A DNA stretch of 62,874 bases from the NCBI GenBank assembly GCA_038128265.1, contig JAYPJE010000009.1, positions 1 through 62,874 on the forward strand. Direction: 5' to 3'. Below are positions 55,584 to 62,874 of the stretch, piece by piece. Position 1 is the first letter of the stretch. Every line of letters starts with the position of its first letter. Both the position numbers and the translations under genes were made by a program. The notes below the pieces were generated by a model. It did not search any database. It was not told where the DNA came from and saw nothing but the letters and a program-made list of their open reading frames with translations. The stretch is from Gemmatimonadota bacterium (lineage in GTDB: Bacteria; Latescibacterota; UBA2968; UBA8231).

Positions 55584-58012
55584 CCCCCCCATCCTACCAG
55601 CACACGCGAGCGCTCTACGGCCGCAGCCCACAGCGGCCACTGCACACACGCACCGTAGAGGAAGGCAACCAGCATGCCCTGAGCGCAGGCTACGGCTACC
55701 GGTCGAGCCACCCCCATCGGACGCAGCGTTTGGGATGCAGTATACACGTTCAATTGCTTTCTGATAGGCGAGAGAGCCAACAGCCAAAGAGCCCAACAGC
55801 CCACGCTAACCCAAAGCCCTATGCGAAAGCTGCTCGGTTGGAAGCGAAAGACGACCTGGCGTTCGCCAGGCTCGACGCGCACGGCGCGAAATACGTGATT
55901 GGCCCGAAGAATTGGGCGCTCGACACCGTCGACAAAGGCGCGCCAACCGGGATAGTGGGTATCGCTTAGCACCAACAGGCCGCCGCGATTATCGCCTAGG
56001 TCTATCACAACCTCCTCGTTGGCGTAGCGCGCGATCTCGGCGCGGCCCCCACCAACCGAATCACTGGCCCAATCGGGCTGCTCTTCCAGCAGCACGCGCG
56101 CGGTGCTCGCCCCCCCGCGCCGCAGTTGGCGCAGCCTCTCCTCATCGCCATCGACCACGGCGTAGTCCGTCGCGATATAGGCGCGCGGCGCACTGTCCAA
56201 CACGCGATACACTCGCATCTCGCCATCGCTAATTTGCTGCAGTCCCCCTTCGTTCATCGCCCCGTAGCTGATCGCGTATTCGACTCCGGCCACGCGAGCC
56301 ACCTGCGGGTAGGCGCGGGCAAAGTCCCAGTGGCGACTCAGGTGCAGCGGGCTCCACCCAGGCATCGCATTAGCCAAGCCGTACTGCCCTCCGCTGTAGG
56401 GCCGCAGGGTCTCGTTGTAGCGCCGATAGGACGATCGGTCTATCGCCCACCCCCCATGCCAGTCAAATGGAGCGTTCTGCTCGTTGACCAGGCTAATTAC
56501 GCGGGCCGGCGCAACGCCCTGATGATCGGCGGCAACCACCTTAGCCGTCGGAGGAGTCTGTTCGTATACGGCAGGCTCAACAACGCCGTTAAAATCCCCG
56601 CCAAACGTATAGAGCTCGGCCAGCAGGATGCAGGGCACTAGCAGCACAGTCCAGCGCCGAACCCACCCGGACAACAGCGCATACCCGAAAGCGAGCACCA
56701 ACGCCAGACGCAGCGCATCAAAGCGCAGCATCTCCACATAGCGAATGAGATCCGGCCCCCCGCGAGCCGCTAGCCACTCGCTATTGGCCAGTATCGCCTC
56801 CGCGTTGAGCAGTACCGCACTCGCCCCGCATACGGCAAGGAAGAGCACAAAACCGCGGCCGCGCAGCCGACTTCCTTCGGCCGTGAGCAGCGCGCTGCAA
56901 CCCAGTCCGGCCAACGCACTCGTTCCAAAAGCGAAAAAGAGCAGGAAACGCGTGGGAATGCGGAAAAAGCTCAAGCCGGGGATGCGGTATAGGAGTTCGA
57001 AGAAACCCGTGTATTTCCCCAGGGCAAGGACCAATCCCAGTCCGGCCAACAGCGCCAGGAAGCCCACGGGTTCGCGGCGGTCGGCACGCAGGGCAACCCA
57101 CGCCAGCACGAGCGTCAGCACGCCGACAAAGGGGCACAGCTGAATAAAGAATCCGGCCGAGCGCCCCCAATACGTTCCGTGCGCCGAATTGCCGTGCAGA
57201 TTGGGCAATAGCAGTTCCAAAAGGCGTTCGGGCGGCAGCGACATATTGACAAATTGTTGCCAGGAAACGCCCTCGCTGCGCAGGGAAAACTGCGTCAATT
57301 CATACGTGGGCAGTAGCTGGACGGCTGCCAGCGCCATCCCCCCTAAGGGCACGGCACACAGCGCCGCGTAATAGGACCAAGACCTCTGCCCTACCAGTCC
57401 CATATAAAACCCGTAGGCCATGCCAACAAGCATGCTATATCCGGCAGCCTGCGGATGGCCAACCACTAGCTGCATCGCCACTACGGCACCTGCACCCAGC
57501 AGGTAGATCCCATGCCCGCGCTCGAAAAAGCGTCCCAGAAAAATCATCAGCACCGGGAGCCAAGCACAGGCGTCGATAAAGTTGGGCGACATGGCGCGCA
57601 CGACCATGTAACCAGAAAGGGCGTAGGCCAGCCCGCCCGTCAGCGCAGCGATCGGCTGGGCACGCCAAAGGCGCAGCAGCATATACATACCCGCGGCCGC
57701 AAGCCACAAATGGAAGGCGATATTTACGCTGAGAGCCCAGTGGGTAGGCAGCGCACTAGTCAGCCAGTTAAACGGGTAAAGTGGACCAGCCTGCCCCTCG
57801 GCCAGTAGGGGGAACCCGCAGTTAATCGCCGGATCCCATAGGGGCAATTGCCCCTCGCGCAGATGGCGCGCGAAAAAGTCCCGGAACGGGTAGTTTTGCA
57901 CCATGACGTCCTGGACAAAAAAGGCCCCACCTGCCAGAATCGCCCTCCAGAAAAACCCCACCACCGCAGCGGCCAGGAGCAGCAAATAGGCGCATTCCCG
58001 CCGCCAATTCAC
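55580..58012 (-). CDS. YfhO-family (GT-C-like) membrane protein
   Basis: D...QNYP, G.LPLW.P...G.P.LA..Q...LYP, GHPQ, AVQLLPT.E, R.P.RF, LVLSDT.YPGW.A.VDG...RAN..FRAV; GTGA overlap. Confidence 0.88.
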   Translation of the reverse strand: MNWRRECAYLLLLAAAVVGFFWRAILAGGAFFVQDVMVQNYPFRDFFARHLREGQLPLWDPAINCGFPLLAEGQAGPLYPFNWLTSALPTHWALSVNIAFHLWLAAAGMYMLLRLWRAQPIAALTGGLAYALSGYMVVRAMSPNFIDACAWLPVLMIFLGRFFERGHGIYLLGAGAVVAMQLVVGHPQAAGYSMLVGMAYGFYMGLVGQRSWSYYAALCAVPLGGMALAAVQLLPTYELTQFSLRSEGVSWQQFVNMSLPPERLLELLLPNLHGNSAHGTYWGRSAGFFIQLCPFVGVLTLVLAWVALRADRREPVGFLALLAGLGLVLALGKYTGFFELLYRIPGLSFFRIPTRFLLFFAFGTSALAGLGCSALLTAEGSRLRGRGFVLFLAVCGASAVLLNAEAILANSEWLAARGGPDLIRYVEMLRFDALRLALVLAFGYALLSGWVRRWTVLLVPCILLAELYTFGGDFNGVVEPAVYEQTPPTAKVVAADHQGVAPARVISLVNEQNAPFDWHGGWAIDRSSYRRYNETLRPYSGGQYGLANAMPGWSPLHLSRHWDFARAYPQVARVAGVEYAISYGAMNEGGLQQISDGEMRVYRVLDSAPRAYIATDYAVVDGDEERLRQLRRGGASTARVLLEEQPDWASDSVGGGRAEIARYANEEVVIDLGDNRGGLLVLSDTHYPGWRAFVDGVERPILRANHVFRAVRVEPGERQVVFRFQPSSFRIGLWVSVGCWALWLLALSPIRKQLNVYTASQTLRPMGVARPVAVACAQGMLVAFLYGACVQWPLWAAAVERSRVLVGWGG

Positions 58013-59154
58013 GGCGTATCTACCCCGTTGACGCGCGCGTTCTCGCACAGCACTTCGGCGGCCAGCGCATGGCCGCCGGCATTCCAATGACTATCGCGCA
58101 AATAGAGTTCGCTCCGCTGCGCGGCCGCTGCAAAGTGCGGATATAGATCGAGATAATCGATCCCGTAGCGGCGCGTGAGGTCGGCCAGATAGCGATTGGG
58201 CTTCTGCAGATCGTAGTCGGAACCCAATCCGTGCAGCACGCGCTTTTCCTGCCAATTTTGCTCTTCTATCTGCACAATCGACGGCGCGTACGTGACGAGG
58301 AACTCGGCCTCAGAGCGGCGCACAGCGCGGTCAAAATCGCGCAGCAGCATCCCGGTCAACTCCCACACGTGCTGCCACTGTCCCTCCGCGTCGATCCCGT
58401 ATAGTCCGTCGTAAAATTGCGACTGCTTTGCAACGGGCATCTCTGTCCGCAGGGCCTTTTCAGCTAAGGCGTACACATGCCAATGCGAGCGCAGATAGTG
58501 CGCGACGCGCTGGCCGAGCGATCCCCCTTCGTAGCGCGTCGCATCCCAGTAGCGCGTCTTGCGCACCGGCACGCCTAGCAACTCGAGTCGGCCGTCGCGG
58601 GCGGGGCGAAAGTACGGCTTATAGCCCTGTTCGGCGCCAATGCCTCGCGGCGAAGCGTTGTTCCACAGATCGTTGCCATAGAAGAGCAGCACGACGAGAT
58701 CGGGCTGGTAGGATTGTCCCAGTTTCTGAAATAGCAGGTACGCCTGATCCGTGCCGTAGCCCGCCACGCCAAAATTGAGCACTTCCGCCGCTTCGCCGCT
58801 ATCGCTCAGACAGTCTTGGAGACGCGCGCTGAGCATTTCATCGCCCTCGACTCCCCAGCCTTCGGCAAAAGAGTCGCCGAACACCAGCACGCGCCGCACC
58901 CCCTCCCGCTTTGGTCGTTCATAGGCCGGCGAGCGCAGTCCGTCGCGGTTGATTTCAATACCCACGTCGAATTCTGGCGTGACGAGGCGGCCCTGGCCCC
59001 CGGGCACGTGCGACCAGCCCAATTCGGCGTCAAATTGCCAAATATTAGGCGGACGTCGGTGGATTTGCGGGTGCCATATGGACAGCGCGCCTTCGCAGAG
59101 CAGCAAGCCGCTGGCCAGCGCAACGACGGCCAACAACAAGGGCGCTCCCCTCAT
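58009..59154 (-). CDS. SGNH/GDSL hydrolase-fold protein (AlgJ/AlgX-like)
   Basis: GDSFAEG, NFGVAGYGTDQ, YGND, DSHWNAGGH; N-terminal anchor. Start 59154 preferred over 59229. Confidence 0.88.
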   Translation of the reverse strand: MRGAPLLLAVVALASGLLLCEGALSIWHPQIHRRPPNIWQFDAELGWSHVPGGQGRLVTPEFDVGIEINRDGLRSPAYERPKREGVRRVLVFGDSFAEGWGVEGDEMLSARLQDCLSDSGEAAEVLNFGVAGYGTDQAYLLFQKLGQSYQPDLVVLLFYGNDLWNNASPRGIGAEQGYKPYFRPARDGRLELLGVPVRKTRYWDATRYEGGSLGQRVAHYLRSHWHVYALAEKALRTEMPVAKQSQFYDGLYGIDAEGQWQHVWELTGMLLRDFDRAVRRSEAEFLVTYAPSIVQIEEQNWQEKRVLHGLGSDYDLQKPNRYLADLTRRYGIDYLDLYPHFAAAAQRSELYLRDSHWNAGGHALAAEVLCENARVNGVDTP

Positions 59155-59339
59155 GCTCCACCCGTTCGGTTCGTGCACATAGATCGCTCCATAGTCCTGC
59201 AAAATACTGGTCCATTCTCCCGCTGTCAACGATGTGCATTTGCTCGCTAATTATATCCTATCTATATTCTTTTGCTGGAAGTTGCACAGATATAATGGAG
59301 CCCCTCACCGGGGCGTAGACACGGCTGAACACGTTCCAC

Positions 59340-60455
59340 ATGAATCGCATTCTCGTTACCGGTGGCGCCGGTTTTATCGGCTCCCATACCGTCGATCTAC
59401 TCGTCGAAAAAGGCTACCAAGTTCGCATTATGGACGCACTGCAAGAGCGCGTTCATCCGCATGGCTGGCCCAGCTACATCCCCGACGGCGTCGAACGACT
59501 GCAGGGCGACGTGCGACAGCCCGCCGATTGGGATAGAGCGCTGGCGGACGTCGACGGCGTCATACACCTGGCCGCCTACCAGGACTATATGACGGACTTC
59601 TCCACCTTCCATCACGTCAATACCGTCGGCGCAACCCTGCTCTACGAACGCATTGTAGCAGACAAATTACCGGTGCAAAAAGTGGTCCTCGCCTCTTCGC
59701 AGGCCACCTATGGTGAGGGGAAATATCGCTGCGGCGAACACGGCATCCAGTATCCCGATTCACGCCCCGATGCCCAGCTGGCCCGAGGCGATTGGGAAGT
59801 CCACTGCCCGGTCTGCGAGCGCCCTATGGCGCATGAGCAAATAACCGAGGATCGCGTCCAGCCCCACACCACCTACGGCATTTCCAAATACGCCGCCGAG
59901 CTGACTTCGTTCAGCCTAGGGCGCAAATACGATATTCCAACCGTCAATATGCGCTATTCCATCGTGCAGGGACCGCGCAATTCCTTTTTCAATGCCTATT
60001 CGGGCATTTGTCGCATCTTCACGCTGCGCCTGCTCAACGACCAGCCCCCCGTCTGCTACGAAGACGGCCAGTCCCTGCGCGACTACGTCTTTGTCGGCGA
60101 CGTGGCCCGCGCGAACGTGCTCTGCCTCGAAGACGAGCGCGCTAATTTTCGCGCCTTTAACGTCGGCGGACAGTGCGGAACAACCGTTCTCGACTACGCC
60201 CGCCTTGTCGCGCGCGTGACCGCTAGGGACATAGAGCCCCTTGTCAGCGGCGACTATCGCTTTGGCGATACCCGCCATACCGTATCGTCCTGGGCGGCGC
60301 TGGGTGCGCTCGGATGGCGCCCGGAAACGGCGCTGGAAGAAATCGTATCGCAGTATGTCGAGTGGGTTAAACAGCAGCCTAACCTGCGCGACTTCTACGC
60401 CGACAGCGAGCAAAAGATGCGCGCGGCCAACGTCATTCGCACGGCATCGACGTGA
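59340..60455 (+). CDS. NAD-dependent nucleotide-sugar epimerase/dehydratase
   Basis: TGGAGFIGSH, HLAA, ASS..YGEG, YGISK, RDYVFVGD, YRFGD.RH. Confidence 0.93.
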   Translation: MNRILVTGGAGFIGSHTVDLLVEKGYQVRIMDALQERVHPHGWPSYIPDGVERLQGDVRQPADWDRALADVDGVIHLAAYQDYMTDFSTFHHVNTVGATLLYERIVADKLPVQKVVLASSQATYGEGKYRCGEHGIQYPDSRPDAQLARGDWEVHCPVCERPMAHEQITEDRVQPHTTYGISKYAAELTSFSLGRKYDIPTVNMRYSIVQGPRNSFFNAYSGICRIFTLRLLNDQPPVCYEDGQSLRDYVFVGDVARANVLCLEDERANFRAFNVGGQCGTTVLDYARLVARVTARDIEPLVSGDYRFGDTRHTVSSWAALGALGWRPETALEEIVSQYVEWVKQQPNLRDFYADSEQKMRAANVIRTAST

Positions 60456-61174
60456 AGGCGATGATCCTCGCTGCGGGCCGTGGAACGCGCCTGCGCCCCC
60501 TTACCGACACCGTGCCCAAACCGATGATACCGTTCGCCGGCACGCCGCTGCTCGAGCATATCGTCAACCTGCTGGGCCAACACGGTTTCAACGAATTGTA
60601 TATCAATCTGCATCACCTACCCGATGCGATCTGCGACTACTTCGGCGACGGATCCCAGTGGGACGTAGACATAACCTACTCCATCGAACGAGAACTGCTC
60701 GGCACGGCCGGTGCCGTGCGCGCACTTGCCCGCCACTTTGACGAACCCTTCCTCGTCTACTACGGCGATAATTTGACCAACTTCGACCTGAGTGAACTGC
60801 GCCAAGCCCACGACCGGGAGGGCGAATTGGCGAGCATTGGCCTGCTGTGGATGGACGATCCGACCACCCGCGGCATTATCGGTTTGGATGCGCACGGCCG
60901 CATCGACCGCTTTGTAGAAAAGCCGAGCGTGGAACAGGTTTTTGACGACTACCTAGTCAACGCTGGAACCTATATGCTCGACCCAGCCATCATCGACTAT
61001 ATTCCCAGCGGACAGCCGAGCGACTTTAGCCACGACATCTTCCCCGCACTGCGCCGAGCTGGCGTGCCCCTCTACGGGCACCGCATGCGCGGCCAGCTGC
61101 TTTCCACTGATACTTCCGACCGCTACCAACAAGCCTGTCAGAGCGTAGCATCGGGCGCCTTTTCCCTTCCCTGA
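60452..61174 (+). CDS. Sugar-1-phosphate nucleotidyltransferase (mannose/heptose-1-P guanylyltransferase-like)
   Basis: ILAAGRGTRLRPLT..PKPM, LGTAGA, YGD, FVEKP, NAG.Y, SDFS.DIFP. Confidence 0.9.
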   Translation: MKAMILAAGRGTRLRPLTDTVPKPMIPFAGTPLLEHIVNLLGQHGFNELYINLHHLPDAICDYFGDGSQWDVDITYSIERELLGTAGAVRALARHFDEPFLVYYGDNLTNFDLSELRQAHDREGELASIGLLWMDDPTTRGIIGLDAHGRIDRFVEKPSVEQVFDDYLVNAGTYMLDPAIIDYIPSGQPSDFSHDIFPALRRAGVPLYGHRMRGQLLSTDTSDRYQQACQSVASGAFSLP

Positions 61175-61184
61175 GAGGTCCTAT

Positions 61185-62174
61185 TTGATCACGACGAGAG
61201 CGCCTCTGCGCATCCCCTTAGGCGGCGGCGGAACCGACCTGCCTTCGTACTATATGGACCACGGCGGCTTTGTCCTGAGCGTCGGTATCGACAAATATGT
61301 CTACATACACCTCAACGCCCTTAAAGTAGAAGACTTTATTCGCGTCAAATATTCCGAAACGGAGCGCGTCGACCACCCGAGCGCCATCACCCACCCGCTG
61401 CTGCGCGAAGCGCTGCTGCACACCCATATCAACGGCGGCCTGGAGATCAGCGCCATGTCTGACATTCCGGGGCGCACCGGCATGGGATCGTCCGGCTCCT
61501 TCACCGTCGCACTGCTGGCTGCCCTCCACGCCTATAAGCGCGAGCAGGTGCCCATTCAGGAGCTCGCAGAAGAGGCGCATTACGTCGAGGCTGGCCGCGC
61601 CGCCCAGCCCGCCGGCAAACACGACCACTAACTAGGAGCTTTTGGCGGCATTACCTGCCTCGACATCGACCCCTCTGGCAAAGTCGAGGTATCCTCGCTC
61701 AAGCTATCCGAGCACGTCGAAGAAGAGCTGCCCAACAGTCTGGTCGTATTCTTCACCGGTATCCAACGCGAGAGCTTTGACATCCTCTCCCAGCAGAATA
61801 GAGACACGCGGGCCGGCGATAGTGCCGTCATCGACAGCTTGCATGAAACCAAGCGCATAGGGTACGAGGTGCGCGATGCGCTGGTCGAAGGCGACCTAGA
61901 CCGATTTGGCCAGCTGCTGCACGCGCACTGGCTCAATAAGAAGAAGCGCTCGACGCACATGTCGAATTCGCAGATTGACCGCTGGTATGAAATCGGCATC
62001 GAGGCCGGTGCGCTGGGAGGAAAAATCCTCGGCGCGGGCGGCGGCGGGTTTCTCATGTTCTACTGTCCGGCTGAACACCGCTGGAACCTGCGCGAACGCA
62101 TGGCCCAAGAGAATTTGCACGAGATGCACTTTCGCTTTGATATGGAAGGCGTTAAAGTGCTGATGAACGTCTGA
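61185..62174 (+). pseudogene. GHMP sugar kinase (HddA-like heptose-7-phosphate kinase) interrupted by an in-frame TAA at 61629-61631
   Basis: RAPLRI.LGGGGTD, P..TGMGSSG, GKHDH*LGAFGG, GALGGKILGAGGGGF; both halves are in the same frame. May be a sequence error. Confidence 0.8.
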
Positions 62175-62874
62175 TGGGACCGCTGCTGATAGGGCAGGTG
62201 CACGTCTACCCGATTCAAGGCGGCTTTTTCCGGTTAGACGGCGGCACGATGTTTGGCGTGGTTCCCAAGACGATGTGGGAGAAACAGGCCCCCGCCGACG
62301 CACACAACCGCGTGCGCATAGCCTGCAACTGCCTGCTGATCCGCACTCCCGACGTCCTGGCCGTAATCGACAGCGGTTTTGGCACCCGCTTAGACGCGCG
62401 TGCCAGATCGCTTTACGGCGTCGAGGAACATCCCACCCTCCTCCAATCCCTCGCCGACGCCGGCGCGGCACCGGACGACGTAGATTTAGTCGTTCTCACA
62501 CATCTGCACTTCGACCATCTGGCTGGCGCTCTCTACCGCGACGGCGCCGATCTTAAGCCGACGTTTCCGCGCGCAACCCACTGCGTACAGCGCGGCGAAT
62601 GGCGCGATGCAATCGACGGCCGCAGCACAATGAAAAGCAGCTATCGGCCCGACGACCTACAGACGCTCGAAGAACAGGTGCCGCTCAACCTGCTATACGG
62701 TGATAGCGAACTAACACCGCACCTTTCCACCTTTCTGACCGGAGGGCATACGGAGTGGCACCAGGGCGTGGCCGTCAGCAGCGACCGCCCACCACGGGTG
62801 TATCCCGGCGGGTTAAAAAACACCCGCGCGCCCATGCGCCCCCAATTGAATATTTGCTCTTATATGTTTACCCA
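62174..62874 (+). CDS. MBL-fold metallo-hydrolase (YtnP-like), runs off the window
   Basis: Not in the ORF track (no stop). Manual translation from ATG 62174: F.LDGGTMFGVVPK..W, NCLL, IDSG.G, THLHFDHLAG, TGGHT..HQ. Confidence 0.88.
   Translation, partial: MGPLLIGQVHVYPIQGGFFRLDGGTMFGVVPKTMWEKQAPADAHNRVRIACNCLLIRTPDVLAVIDSGFGTRLDARARSLYGVEEHPTLLQSLADAGAAPDDVDLVVLTHLHFDHLAGALYRDGADLKPTFPRATHCVQRGEWRDAIDGRSTMKSSYRPDDLQTLEEQVPLNLLYGDSELTPHLSTFLTGGHTEWHQGVAVSSDRPPRVYPGGLKNTRAPMRPQLNICSYMFT

Noticed and set aside
3630..59229. Longest-ORF starts for several genes (3630, 4681, 13433, 26618, 29186, 41958, 44685, 45900, 48909, 53191, 55796, 58087, 59229)
   Set aside because: They overlap neighbouring genes, promoters or terminators; downstream starts with an RBS, signal peptide or stop-start overlap fit better.

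Overview
GC-rich bacterial chromosomal window with no rRNA, tRNA, CRISPR array, integrase or transposase that I can recognise. The gene content (many secreted proteins with FlgD-Ig/T9SS-like C-terminal domains, a TAVExxSWGxxK tail, CRTAC1/TPR pairs, a DUF6785-like membrane protein) resembles Latescibacterota-like lineages; this is inference only. Left part (1-17 kb): housekeeping and orphan genes (DUF420, ABC-2 exporter, fliS/fliM, an ARPP-1/DUF6569-like protein, mltG, pcrA, a nucleotidyltransferase, mtaB-miaB), then a secreted di-heme cytochrome and a quinoprotein-like beta-propeller. Centre (17.1-45.9 kb): a 15-gene minus-strand cell-envelope locus. It holds six paralogous discoidin-like/FlgD-Ig proteins (two are a near-identical 2.38 kb tandem pair with different signal peptides), a probable outer-membrane barrel protein, lipoproteins, TPR and CRTAC1 proteins, a parvulin PPIase and a His-motif membrane-TPR fusion, and it faces a divergent DUF6785-like membrane protein. 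This is the best candidate for an undescribed surface-display/uptake system. Right part: a coupled three-gene inactive-helicase/UvrD-helicase/Fe-S PD-(D/E)XK nuclease module (split AddAB-like), a PTS EIIA protein, an SGNH-YfhO-DUF2723 glycosylation-type operon, and a nucleotide-sugar operon whose GHMP kinase carries an in-frame TAA. Family assignments come from motif recognition by eye; no searches were run.
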